Source: an uncultured Bryobacterales bacterium
Lineage (GTDB): Bacteria > Acidobacteriota > Terriglobia > Bryobacterales > UBA6623
NCBI GenBank assembly: GCA_964461235.1
Contig: CAYWUV010000006.1
Coordinates: 11,468 to 75,467 of the forward strand
Length of the DNA stretch: 64,000 nt
Direction: 5' to 3'
In this document: positions 1 through 9,473 of the stretch, piece by piece
How the letters are laid out: every line of letters begins with the position of its first letter
Numbering within the stretch: the stretch's first letter is position 1
The notes under the pieces: model-generated
The model's database searches: none
What the model saw: the letters and a program-made list of their open reading frames with translations, nothing else
Told to the model about the DNA's origin: nothing
Translations under genes and position numbers: made by a program

Positions 1-311
1 TTGACTCCCGCGCAGTTGACCAGAATGTCAACCCGGGAATGCGTGCCGTCGACCGAATCCCGCAGGGCCTCGAACGACGACCTGGACGTCACGTCGACCG
101 CCCTGAACTCGGCCGACCCGCCTGCTTCCCGGATCGCTCCCGCACGGGCCTCGCCCCGCTCGGCCGAGCGGCCTGCGACAACAACGTGCGCCCCGGCCCC
201 GGCCAGCCCGTCGCAGAGAGCCCCCCCGAGGACGCCCGTTCCTCCGATCACGACGGCCACGTCAGAATCCAGGCCGAAGAGTCCTTGCAGGAATGCTGCC
301 GAATTGCTCAT
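1..311 (-). CDS. short-chain dehydrogenase/reductase (SDR), N-terminal part; the gene runs off the window
   Basis: Not in the ORF track. The reverse complement from the ATG at 311 reads MSNSAAFLQGLFGLDSDVAVVIGGTGVLGGALCDGLAGAGAHVVVAGRS...RVDILVNCAGV. This shows the Rossmann TGxxxGxG and NxAG motifs typical of SDRs. Confidence 0.8.
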   Translation of the reverse strand, partial: MSNSAAFLQGLFGLDSDVAVVIGGTGVLGGALCDGLAGAGAHVVVAGRSAERGEARAGAIREAGGSAEFRAVDVTSRSSFEALRDSVDGTHSRVDILVNCAGV

Positions 312-326
312 CTCATCGTTACCTTG

Positions 327-716
327 TCACGTTCTCAGAGGTGAGCGCAAACCTGGCCAGGGACGGGTCTGGGCGATGCGGGGGTAGCGGCTGAACGTGC
401 CTCGTGCTTCGATGCATTCGAGCCGAGTCCGAACTTCGCGTTCGATCTCGTCCGTCCGCACGCCGTCCCATTCGGGCAGGTAGGCCTGGAGCTTGCGGAG
501 GCCCTTGCGCAATTGCCGGGTCGTGCCGTTCCGGTTGTTGCGGCTGTGGTGATAGAAGCCCACCGCGAAGTGGATCAGCGCCTGCAAGAACCAGCGGTCG
601 GGCTGCTGCGAGTCGGTCCAGACCTCTTCGAGCACCTCGTGACATTCGAAGAACTCCTCAGCGTTGAAGAGGTCGATGCCCCGCTGGAACAGGACGCGTG
701 GATCGCCGCCAGACAT
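327..716 (-). CDS. DUF309 domain protein
   Basis: ORF 327..728. The sequence FNAEEFFECHEVLEEVW...ALIHFAVGFYHHSRNN matches the DUF309 helical pattern. The start is ATG at 716 or 728. It lies 15 nt upstream of the SDR start on the same strand. Confidence 0.7.
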   Translation of the reverse strand: MSGGDPRVLFQRGIDLFNAEEFFECHEVLEEVWTDSQQPDRWFLQALIHFAVGFYHHSRNNRNGTTRQLRKGLRKLQAYLPEWDGVRTDEIEREVRTRLECIEARGTFSRYPRIAQTRPWPGLRSPLRT

Positions 717-765
717 TGAACCGCACATTCAGGATAGGCCGGCACTCGGGCTACACTCGTAATCG

Positions 766-3258
766 GTGACACACCGAACGCTTCCCCTCTGTGTCCTCTT
801 GATCGCCGGGCTGCTGCGTGCCCAGCCCACGCCCCTTGGAGGCACTGCGGAACTGCACGAGTTGCTCGACCGCCTCAATACGGTCGGCACCGTGCTGATG
901 CTCGGGGCCCATCCGGACGACGAGAACACTGCCGTGATGGCCTACTTTGCCCGGGGACGTCACCTCCGGACCGTGTACTTTTCGGCCACCCGGGGCGAAG
1001 GCGGCCAGAACCTGATCGGGACCGAGCAGGGGAGCCTGATGGGTGTCATCCGGACCCACGAACTCCTCGAGGCCCGGCGCATCGACGGCGGTGAGCAAGC
1101 CTTCGCAAGCGTCGTGGACTTCGGCTATTCCAAGACTCCGGAGGAGACGTTGAGCACTTGGGGCGAGGAGACGCTCTTGCGCGACATGGTCCGCGTGATC
1201 CGTACGGTCCGACCGGACGTCATCGTGTCCCGATTCGCTCCTAGGCCGGGCAGTGGGGGGCACGGACACCACACCGCAGTGGGCTGGACCGGACCGACCG
1301 CATACGATGCGGCTGCCGATTCCTCCAAGTTCCCGGAACTGGGCTTGCCAGCCTGGCGTGCGCACCGTTACATGTACAACGTTCCGACGTTCACCAGGCA
1401 GATGGAACAGCAAGCGGCTCAGATCCCTGGGCGGCTTCGAGTGGACACCGGCGTTTACGATCCGGTCCTTGGCAAGTCGTACGCCGAGATCGCGGGGGAG
1501 AGCCGCAGCATGCATCGGAGCCAGGCCATGGGCACGAGCCAGCGCAAGGGAAGCGCCGCGGCCTATTTCGAATTCGTGGCCGGGGCGGAGGCGCTCGAAG
1601 ATCCGCTGGAAGGAGTCGACACGAGTTGGAAGCGGATCAAGGGCGGCGAATCGGTGGGCCGGCACCTGGCGCTGGCGCGAGACGGCCTGGACCCTAGGAA
1701 GCCGAGGGAAATCCTGCCTCACCTTCTCGCCGCATACGACCAGTTGGATTCGCTCTCGGGACCCGAAGTGGACTACAAGCGGGGGGAACTCGTCAGGGCG
1801 ATCGAAATCGCTTCCGGGCTCTGGCTGGACGCAACGGCCGAGAGATGGAATGCCGTACCGGGGTCCGGGCTCCAGGTCACCGTGCAAGCGGTACGGCGTT
1901 CGGAGTTTCCCTGGACCTGGAGGGCTACGAGATTGGAAGGTATCGCCGTTGCCTCGATCGAGGGCGGGTCCGAACTGGCGCCCAATCGCGTAGTCGAGCG
2001 GCAAACACGCGTGGTTGTCCCTGAAGGGGCCTGCTATTCGCAGCCTCACTGGCTGCGGACCGAGGAGGCCAACGTCCGCTGCCAGGAGCCTGCCGGCACG
2101 CCCGGCCCGAGCACGACGCTGCACGCTGTGTTCGAGCTCGAGACGCCGGGTGGCATCGTTGTCGAATCGACTAGGCCGGTGATGTACCGCTGGGTGGACC
2201 CGTCGGTCGGAGAACGGTCAAGGCCCTTGGTTCTCGTTCCTGCGGTGGCCGTCGGTTTCACGAGCGAGAACCGCATCTTTCCTGACACCACGCCGACGGA
2301 GATTCCAGTGCGGCTCTCCTCCAATACGAGCAATGCGGTCGCTACGGTCCGACTCGAGGCTCCTCAGGGATGGTCCGTTTCCCCTGCGGCAATCGACATC
2401 ACATTCAGTCGGCAGGGACAGGAAGAAACCGCGACATTCGAGCTCACCCCTCCCTCGCGGCCATCGGGCGGCGAATTGAAGGCCTCCGTGACGGTGGACG
2501 ACAAGACTATTCGCTCGGGGATGCAGACGATCGAGTACGGGCACATTCCGACCACGCCGGTATTCCCAGAAGCAACGATGCGAATCGAGCGTGTGGAGGT
2601 GAAATCTCTAGCGAACGAGGTCGGCTATGTCATGGGTGCCGGTGACAAGATTCCCGAAGCCTTGAGGCAAATGGGCGCTGAGGTAACTTTGCTGACTGCC
2701 GACGACCTAGCGACTGGCGATCTTGCGCGCTTTGACGCTGTCGTTACCGGGGTGCGGGCGCTGAATACCCGTCCGGACCTGCAGGCAGCACGGGAACGCG
2801 TTTTCGAATACGTGGAGAACGGCGGCACTCTCGTGGTGCAGTACAACACCGTCTCATTCCGCAGGAGAAGGCCCGGACGCGGGAACGAAGCTACCCTCTC
2901 CCCGTACCCCATGACGGCGTCCCGTCTGCGGGTGACCGACGAGCGGGCGGAGGTACGCTTTGTTGCGGAAAATCACCCGCTCCTCCAGGTTCCGAACCAG
3001 ATCACGGCGGCTGATTTCGACGGCTGGGTGCAGGAGCGAGGGCTCTACTTCATGTCCAACTGGGATGAGCGCTATGACGCGGTGATCGCATGCAACGATC
3101 CGGGCGAGGATTCGCTTGAGGGCGGAATGCTATACGCACGCCATGGCAAGGGAGCGTACGTCTTCACAGCCTACTCTTGGTTCCGCCAGCTCCCTGCAGG
3201 TGTGCCGGGTGCATACCGGATCTTCGCGAACCTCATCAGCGCCGGCGGGACGCGCTGA
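766..3258 (+). CDS. PIG-L/LmbE-family deacetylase with a large C-terminal extension; secreted
   Basis: 830-aa ORF with a GTG start and an N-terminal signal-like LCVLLIAGLL. The motif LMLGAHPDDENTAV...SATRGEGGQN is the PIG-L HPDD(E) zinc-site motif. The C-terminal ~250 aa resemble a ThuA/class-I amidotransferase-like fold (inference). Confidence 0.8.
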   Translation: MTHRTLPLCVLLIAGLLRAQPTPLGGTAELHELLDRLNTVGTVLMLGAHPDDENTAVMAYFARGRHLRTVYFSATRGEGGQNLIGTEQGSLMGVIRTHELLEARRIDGGEQAFASVVDFGYSKTPEETLSTWGEETLLRDMVRVIRTVRPDVIVSRFAPRPGSGGHGHHTAVGWTGPTAYDAAADSSKFPELGLPAWRAHRYMYNVPTFTRQMEQQAAQIPGRLRVDTGVYDPVLGKSYAEIAGESRSMHRSQAMGTSQRKGSAAAYFEFVAGAEALEDPLEGVDTSWKRIKGGESVGRHLALARDGLDPRKPREILPHLLAAYDQLDSLSGPEVDYKRGELVRAIEIASGLWLDATAERWNAVPGSGLQVTVQAVRRSEFPWTWRATRLEGIAVASIEGGSELAPNRVVERQTRVVVPEGACYSQPHWLRTEEANVRCQEPAGTPGPSTTLHAVFELETPGGIVVESTRPVMYRWVDPSVGERSRPLVLVPAVAVGFTSENRIFPDTTPTEIPVRLSSNTSNAVATVRLEAPQGWSVSPAAIDITFSRQGQEETATFELTPPSRPSGGELKASVTVDDKTIRSGMQTIEYGHIPTTPVFPEATMRIERVEVKSLANEVGYVMGAGDKIPEALRQMGAEVTLLTADDLATGDLARFDAVVTGVRALNTRPDLQAARERVFEYVENGGTLVVQYNTVSFRRRRPGRGNEATLSPYPMTASRLRVTDERAEVRFVAENHPLLQVPNQITAADFDGWVQERGLYFMSNWDERYDAVIACNDPGEDSLEGGMLYARHGKGAYVFTAYSWFRQLPAGVPGAYRIFANLISAGGTR

Positions 3259-3911
3259 GGCCAGTCCCGGTCGGAGTCAGTTCGTTTCATAGGACCCTCG
3301 GTGTGCCGAATTCAGGGCGAGATCGCCGATGCGACGTTCCCCAAGCTACGCTCCGCTACCGGGAGGACGCACTTCGCACCGCCAACCCAGAGTCCCGTCA
3401 GCTTCGGACAGTTCGTGGCCGAGAGTCCGCGCATTGCTCAGGGGCTGAGCGGGCACAATCGTAGAGTCCGCTCAACCAACCAAGGCTGAGGGCTCACAGC
3501 CTCTCAGGGCTTCGGTCAGGGCAGGTCCGGGATCGTGCCGGAAGCGCCGGGCCCGCAGCCAACTGCCGCTGACCTCCAAGACAGGCCCGTCGCGAGGCTC
3601 GAGGCGATTCGGGCTTACTCCGTCCAGTTGCACGTCGCGCGGCTCGCCACCCCTCGCGACTGCGTCGTCAAACTCCCATGCTGACTCGCTTGGCATTGCG
3701 GCCGTTGATGGCCTCGGTTGCGATCGCCGTCGGGTCCGTCCGGAAGCAGCGCCGCCCTCCCGGGAACTCGACTGCGGGCAGCACTCACAAGATCAACGTG
3801 CGAACCTCGACCCGGGGGGATGGTGGTGCGTCGATCACCCGGCCGGGATGGACGTTTCGCCAGTCAACCTGTGGGCGTTCGAGCGGAATCCGTCACGACG
3901 GTTCGGCCGGA

Positions 3912-4268
3912 TCAGAGGAGTTCGACTCCCTCCGAGAGAGCGCGGGCGACGAATGAATTCCCGTCTGCGAGCATCTTCTCGAGTTCCGATTGCGTGTACG
4001 CGAACACATCGACACCGAGCCCCACCCCGGCGGGAGCGTACCGGACGAACCGATCCGGAAACGGCAGGTCTGTGTGGCTGACCACGACCAATAGGTCCGC
4101 ATCGCTTCCGGGGCCCGCAGTACCCCGAGCCAGCGACCCGAATAGGATCACGCGGTCAATCTCAGGGCAAGTGCTCTTCTGCGCTTCCATCGCCGCCCGA
4201 ATCTCGTGAATCGCCCGGTCCCGGTCCAAAGAGAAGACCCTCACAGAATTCGAGGATCTCTCTTGCAT
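3912..4268 (-). CDS. minimal nucleotidyltransferase (MNT), partner of the HEPN protein
   Basis: C-terminal 118 aa of ORF 3912..4622. The motif ILFGSLARGTAGPGSDADLLVV is the GS...DxD nucleotidyltransferase motif. The start is uncertain: ATG 4268, GTG 4244 or TTG 4229. Confidence 0.75.
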   Translation of the reverse strand: MQERSSNSVRVFSLDRDRAIHEIRAAMEAQKSTCPEIDRVILFGSLARGTAGPGSDADLLVVVSHTDLPFPDRFVRYAPAGVGLGVDVFAYTQSELEKMLADGNSFVARALSEGVELL

Positions 4269-4614
4269 TAGCGATCGCACGTTCCGCTTCTCCACTCGTA
4301 TAGTATTCGAACGGTGCGCCCTGCGGGTATGAGTTGGGGTAGCGGGATCCAATGTAGTGCTTGTCCAGGTCCGCTGCGGCTTGCTCGATGCTTGGCTTGA
4401 GCGTGACGGATTCGGGCAGGCTCCCGAGCAGATCCTTGACGGAGTGTCCCCAAGCGTCGTATCCCATTCGCTGGTGGACGGCCTTGAGGATTTTCTCCGC
4501 ACCTTGGTGAGCAGCGAAGCAGGCCCACGCGAAGTCGCCTGATTCGGCGGACAGCCGAGCGTGCCGTAGGTCGTGTTTCCCTTGCTGGAGCCAGTCCTCG
4601 TGGCGAAGGGCCAT
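4162..4614 (-). CDS. HEPN domain protein
   Basis: ORF 4162..4701, probable start MALRHEDWLQQGKHDL at 4614. The sequence ACFAAHQGAEKILKAV...LDKHYIGSRYP is typical of classical HEPN (PF05168-like). Its 3' end overlaps the MNT frame. Confidence 0.75.
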   Translation of the reverse strand: MALRHEDWLQQGKHDLRHARLSAESGDFAWACFAAHQGAEKILKAVHQRMGYDAWGHSVKDLLGSLPESVTLKPSIEQAAADLDKHYIGSRYPNSYPQGAPFEYYTSGEAERAIANAREILEFCEGLLFGPGPGDSRDSGGDGSAEEHLP

Positions 4615-4621
4615 GGTGCCA

Positions 4622-5206
4622 TTATCGGCTGCTACGGAATGACAACGGGTTCGGGGCCAAGGCGGGAGCGGGACAGGCAAATGGGAGCGCTCTTGATTCA
4701 CAAGCAGCTCGTGCAGCGCGTGAACGGGATGGAACTGCAGACTCGACAGCGCCGAGAGCGATGATTCGCCGCATCCAAGCGAACCAAGGATATTGGCGAG
4801 CCTCTCCGACCAAGTGCACCAGGACGCTATTGCGTTCTACGACCGAATGTTCGACAAGTGTCGGCTCCGAAACATCATCGAGCGGTCCGACGAAGCGGCG
4901 TACACGCTGCATAATCCCGGTGTCGCTGACGGCAAGCAGGCCTTCATCGATTCCTCCGAGCCCATCGCGATGGAGTACCCGGCTGACCGAGTAGCGTTTT
5001 AGTCCGCCATCGCCGAGGGCGGCCTTGTTGACCTGCACCGCTATCAGCATCGGCCCGGCGACCGAGACGACGCCCGAATCGACACCCTTCGGTGCGACAA
5101 AGCAGACAGAATCATGGAGCGTTGGGAGTGCTGCGGGTCGTTCCTGCCAACGCGGCAAACGGCATCGGGATGTTCTGGGCAGCTGGAACGCTGTCCGCCC
5201 GCTCAA
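4622..5206 (-). CDS. hypothetical protein, possible Mrr-like PD-(D/E)xK nuclease fold
   Basis: 194-aa ORF with coding-like third-position GC over the first ~150 codons. The sequence KGVDSGVVSVAGPMLIAVQVNK resembles the D-x-G-[IV]-D ... Q-x-K core of Mrr_cat restriction endonucleases. The stop lies 7 nt before the HEPN start. The C-terminal ~40 aa look low-complexity. Confidence 0.4.
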   Translation of the reverse strand: MSGRTAFQLPRTSRCRLPRWQERPAALPTLHDSVCFVAPKGVDSGVVSVAGPMLIAVQVNKAALGDGGLKRYSVSRVLHRDGLGGIDEGLLAVSDTGIMQRVRRFVGPLDDVSEPTLVEHSVVERNSVLVHLVGEARQYPWFAWMRRIIALGAVESAVPSRSRAARAACESRALPFACPAPALAPNPLSFRSSR

Positions 5207-5504
5207 GCCGGAGCCAACCGCCTCTCAGGTCCGAAACGCGCGTCGCAGGCTTGCTGGATCAGCGGTTCTCGTCGTGCTCGGAATTGGGAATTGGACTCGA
5301 CTCCACGAGGTATTGGGATCTGCACTTACACGAAGATTGGGGTTCCTTGGCCGAGCTGAGTAGCCTTCCTTTTTCGGTCACCGCCACCAATCGGCTATCC
5401 ATTGTCCTGGCCTGCGCCGGTTCGCAGGGCAGCGGTGCCTGGTGCCACCAGCGACCGCTCGCATCGGGCCATGGCAGTCCGTTCCTCGAATGTAGAATGG
5501 GGCA

Positions 5505-8141
5505 GTGACTCGCCTCTGGCCGATCCTGCTCTTCGCAGCCTGGCCGCTGGTGGCCGCGACCCCGGAGTCCGAGTTCTTCGAGTCCAAGATCCGTCCCATT
5601 CTCGCCGGGCGCTGCTACGGCTGCCACTCGGAGAACGCGACCGCGGGCCTCCGGCTCGACTCCCGGGAAGGGCTTCTCAAGGGGGGCAGGTCCGGGCCGG
5701 CGATACGGCCCGGAAATCCCGACGGCAGCATCCTGCTGCATGCGGTCAATGGCATCAGGGGCCGGATGGAAATGCCACCGTCCGGAGTTCGACTCCAAGC
5801 CCATCAGGTCGAGGCCCTCGCCGAATGGATCGCGATGGGAGCTCCCTGGCCGATGTCCCCTCGAGAGTTCTTCCGGGCCCGGGTCCGGCCGATCATCGAC
5901 GCCAAGTGCCTCGGGTGCCATGTCGCGGAGCCCCAGGGAGGCCTGCGGATGGACTCCCGGGAGGCTCTCCTTCAGGGAGGGAAGTCCGGTCCGGCCTTGG
6001 TGGCGGGCGATCCCGAGGCCAGCCTTCTCGTCCAGGTGGTTCGCCAGGACCACGAGCTCCAGATGCCGCCGACCGGACCGCTTCCTCAGAACGAAGTCAA
6101 CGACTTGGTCCGATGGGTTTCGGAAGGGGCCGTCTGGGAGGATGCCCCGCCTGCCCTGGAGGAATACGCCATCAGCGATCAACACCGGAAGCACTGGGCC
6201 TTCCAACCCCTGCCAACGGGGCCTGTTCCCGTGCCGGCGGCCGGCAAACTCGCTGGGAGTCCGATCGACCGATTCATTCTCTCCAGGCTCGAGGCGGAAG
6301 GTCTGGAGGCATCCCCGCTGGCGGACAAGCGATCCCTGATCCGGCGGGTCACTTACGACCTGACCGGCCTGCCGCCGACTCCGGACGAAACGGACGCATT
6401 CTTGGCCGACGACTCTCCGAGTGCCTACAGGGAGCTGGTCGACCGTCTGCTGGAGTCGCCCCGCTACGGCGAGCGGTGGGGCCGGCACTGGCTCGACCTC
6501 GTGCGGTACGCGGATACCGCTGGCGATTCGGGCGACTTTCCGGTTCCGGAAGCGTACAAGTACCGCGACTACGTCATTGCCTCCTTCCAGAACGACAAGC
6601 CTTTCGACGAATTCATCCGCGAGCAGATCGCCGGGGACCTGCTGGAGTCCGATAGCGAGGAGGATCGATGGAGCCGACTGGTCGCGACCGGCTACTTGGC
6701 GATCTCGCGGCGCATCGGGGTCAGCCCCCACAGGCTGCGGCATATCACGCTCGAGGACACGATTGACAACCTGGGAAAGACCTTTCTTGGACTGAGCGTC
6801 CAGTGCGCGCGGTGCCACGACCATAAGTTCGATCCGATTCCCACGGCCGACTACTACCGTCTCTATGGGATTTTCGACAGCTCGGTGTTTCCGTTTCCGG
6901 GAGCCGAGCACCTGCCCTACCGCAGCGACTTCGTGTACCGCGTGGGGAAGGGGAAGGCGAGGCAGATCATGGCCTCGTATTCGGCGGAACTGACCCGCTG
7001 GAACGACAAGGAGCGAGCGAAGTTCCGGGAGTACCAGTCCTTTCAGAACAAGCTGATTACGACGCCGGGTCGCAATCGCGAGGTGGTCTGGGCGGAGTTG
7101 CAGGAATTGCGCGACGAGCGGGCCGTCTTCGCCCGCACCGAGCCGCCCCTGGAGACGGCGTACGCGATCAGCGAGGGCATCCCGAAGGACTCCGCCATCC
7201 ACGTGGCTGGCGATCCGAAGTTCCCCGGTCCGACGGTCCGGAGGGGCTTCCTGCAGATCCTGGGAGGTGCCACGGTCCCCGAGGGCTACCAGGGAAGCGG
7301 CCGACGGCTGCTGGCTGATTGGATCGCGGATGCCGGCAACCCTCTCACGGCCAGGGTGATGGCAAACCGCGTGTGGCACCACCACTTCGGGGCCGGCCTG
7401 GTACGCACGACGAGCGATTTCGGAGTGCGCGGCACGCCTCCGTCCCACCCGCCACTTCTGGACTACTTGGCCCGCTACTTCATTGACAGCGGTTGGTCCG
7501 TGAAGGCGTTGCACCGGCTGATCCTGCATTCGCGCACGTACCGGCAGGCGAGCTTCGACACGGACGCCAACTTCGAGAAGGATCCGCAGAACCGGCTGCT
7601 CTGGAAGTTCAACCGCCGAAGGCTAGATGCAGAGCAGATTCGGGATTCGATCCTATCCTTCAGCGGCGACTTGGACCTGTCGCAGGCCGGCAGGCATCCG
7701 TTCCCGCACCGGCAGACGTACTTCTATCGCCAGCACGAGCCGTTCTCGGAGTTCTTTTCCACGAACCGCCGCTCGGTGTACATCATGCAGCCACGCATCC
7801 AGAAGCACCCGTACCTGGACCTGTTCGACGGGCCGGACGGCAACCTGCCCATGAGCGAGCGGAAGTCGACAACTACGACCTTGCAGGCGCTGTATCTCAT
7901 GAATTCGGAATTCATCCACCGGCAATCACAGACCATGGCCGAACGGTGGAGTGTGACCACGGCCGGGCCGGACGGTTTCCTGGAGAGGGCGACGAATACC
8001 GTATTCGGCCGGCCGCCTCTGCCGGACGACTACCTGCAGGCACGCGCGTACTTCGGAGAAGCGGCCGGCGGCCAGGAGCAGAAACGCGCGGGATTCCTGC
8101 GCGCGATGCTGGCCAGCAACGAGTTCCTGTTCGTCGACTGA
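5505..8141 (+). CDS. PSCyt1/PSCyt2(DUF1549)/PSD1(DUF1553) domain protein
   Basis: 878 aa with a signal peptide. Two CxxCH-like cytochrome-type motifs are present (RCYGCHS, KCLGCHV). DUF1549-type LIRRVTYDLTGLPPTPDE and DUF1553-type RVMANRVWHHHFG...QALYLMNSEF are also present. Confidence 0.9.
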   Translation: MTRLWPILLFAAWPLVAATPESEFFESKIRPILAGRCYGCHSENATAGLRLDSREGLLKGGRSGPAIRPGNPDGSILLHAVNGIRGRMEMPPSGVRLQAHQVEALAEWIAMGAPWPMSPREFFRARVRPIIDAKCLGCHVAEPQGGLRMDSREALLQGGKSGPALVAGDPEASLLVQVVRQDHELQMPPTGPLPQNEVNDLVRWVSEGAVWEDAPPALEEYAISDQHRKHWAFQPLPTGPVPVPAAGKLAGSPIDRFILSRLEAEGLEASPLADKRSLIRRVTYDLTGLPPTPDETDAFLADDSPSAYRELVDRLLESPRYGERWGRHWLDLVRYADTAGDSGDFPVPEAYKYRDYVIASFQNDKPFDEFIREQIAGDLLESDSEEDRWSRLVATGYLAISRRIGVSPHRLRHITLEDTIDNLGKTFLGLSVQCARCHDHKFDPIPTADYYRLYGIFDSSVFPFPGAEHLPYRSDFVYRVGKGKARQIMASYSAELTRWNDKERAKFREYQSFQNKLITTPGRNREVVWAELQELRDERAVFARTEPPLETAYAISEGIPKDSAIHVAGDPKFPGPTVRRGFLQILGGATVPEGYQGSGRRLLADWIADAGNPLTARVMANRVWHHHFGAGLVRTTSDFGVRGTPPSHPPLLDYLARYFIDSGWSVKALHRLILHSRTYRQASFDTDANFEKDPQNRLLWKFNRRRLDAEQIRDSILSFSGDLDLSQAGRHPFPHRQTYFYRQHEPFSEFFSTNRRSVYIMQPRIQKHPYLDLFDGPDGNLPMSERKSTTTTLQALYLMNSEFIHRQSQTMAERWSVTTAGPDGFLERATNTVFGRPPLPDDYLQARAYFGEAAGGQEQKRAGFLRAMLASNEFLFVD

Positions 8142-8274
8142 CGTCCATCATCGACCTTCGGGTCCCGAGCCCGGTGCGCGACGCTCACGACCGCGACAGC
8201 CTGATCCGGCTAACGCGATCGGGCCCAGTTCGGGCAGTCGAACGGCTACAATCGGACCGAGGCGCACGAGACCC

Positions 8275-9345
8275 ATGACCCGAACGAGAGCTCTTCATAT
8301 CACGGCGACCGCCGTGTTGATCTGCGCGATGCCCGCAGTAGGACAGTCCACAATTCCTTGGAAAATCCACGATACGACCCGACCCGCTCCGCGCAAGGTC
8401 GTGTCCGATGTCAAGTTGCCACTGCCGCCGCCGTCTGATGCGGTGGTGCTGTTCGACGGAACGGACCTGTCCAAGTGGCGCGCGGCCGATGGCAGTGCAG
8501 CCAAGTGGGAGATCAGGGACGGCAGCTTGGCAGCGGTGCCCGGCGGCGGTCCCCTGTTCACCCATGCCGGTTTCGGAGACATCCAGCTGCACATCGAATG
8601 GGCGGCGCCAACTCCGGCCCGTGGCAAGGGGCAGGGCCGCGGCAACAGTGGCGTATTCCTGATGGGCAAGTACGAGGTCCAGGTGCTGGACTCGCATGAG
8701 AACACCACCTATCCGGACGGTCAGGCCGCCGCCGTCTACGGCCAGTACCCCCCGCTTGTCAACGCCAGCCGGCCGGCCGGCGAATGGCAGGCGTACGACA
8801 TCGTGTTCCGACGCCCCCGCTTCCGAACCGACGGGTCCGTCGGCCAGCCCGCCCGGATCACGGTCTTTCATAACGGCGTGCTCGTCCAGGACAACTCCGA
8901 GATCTGGGGTCCGACCTCCTGGCTGAAGCACTTGCCGTACGAGTCCCATCCGGACCGTCTCCCGCTCTCGCTGCAGGATCACGGCAATCCAGTGCTGTAC
9001 CGCAACATCTGGCTCCGCGAGCTCGAGGAGGAGCCGCGGCCCGGTCCCGGCCGGTACCAGACGAAGCCCATACTTACGATGACGCCGCCGATGCTGGACC
9101 GCTATGTCGGGAAGTATGCCCAGGACGTGGGCATGCCCGTGATCGTCAGCCGGGAAGGCGGGACGCTCTACGCCACCTTCGGCCTGCTGCCGCCGCTGGA
9201 ACTGCTGCCGCACTCGAAGGAGGAGTTCTCGCTGCGCTGGACGGCTGCGACAGTGATGTTCGAACTGGATGGGGACGGCAAGCCGACTTCCCTGAAGTTC
9301 CATATCGGCGGCGACGTCCGGCCAGCGGCCAGGACGAGCGACTGA
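8275..9345 (+). CDS. DUF1080 (3-keto-disaccharide hydrolase-like) domain protein; secreted
   Basis: 356 aa with a signal peptide. The sequence WEIRDGSL...FGDIQLHIEW...GNSGVFLMGKYEVQVLDS...LQDHGNPVLYRNIWLREL matches the DUF1080 jelly-roll pattern. Confidence 0.8.
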   Translation: MTRTRALHITATAVLICAMPAVGQSTIPWKIHDTTRPAPRKVVSDVKLPLPPPSDAVVLFDGTDLSKWRAADGSAAKWEIRDGSLAAVPGGGPLFTHAGFGDIQLHIEWAAPTPARGKGQGRGNSGVFLMGKYEVQVLDSHENTTYPDGQAAAVYGQYPPLVNASRPAGEWQAYDIVFRRPRFRTDGSVGQPARITVFHNGVLVQDNSEIWGPTSWLKHLPYESHPDRLPLSLQDHGNPVLYRNIWLRELEEEPRPGPGRYQTKPILTMTPPMLDRYVGKYAQDVGMPVIVSREGGTLYATFGLLPPLELLPHSKEEFSLRWTAATVMFELDGDGKPTSLKFHIGGDVRPAARTSD

Positions 9346-9473
9346 CAGGCCTGGTTCCGGTGTAGGGCTCCCCTTGGGGAATCCGGACGTTCCGACGTTC
9401 TCGGCCACCCTTGGGGCCGGCCCGGCAGGGGACCGTCGGTGGCTAAACTGGTCCCGAACCAGCCGCTGGAGAA

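Noticed and set aside
751-2124. Long antisense ORFs opposite real genes. Examples are 751..2124(-), 5259..7529(-), 8185..9408(-), 17793..19025(-), 36201..37673(-), 49606..50643(-), 50822..51997(-) and 60733..61737(+).
   Set aside because: They are Arg/Pro/Gly-rich low-complexity translations with no recognisable motifs. Each lies opposite an ORF with strong family signatures. This is typical shadow-ORF behaviour in high-GC DNA.
3260-3911. 650-bp gap with the small ORF 3472..3696(-) (74 aa), whose third-position GC is moderately coding-like.
   Set aside because: It has no recognisable motif, no clear ribosome-binding site and no operon logic. The evidence is insufficient to call a gene, though it could be a small accessory protein downstream of the HEPN/MNT cassette.
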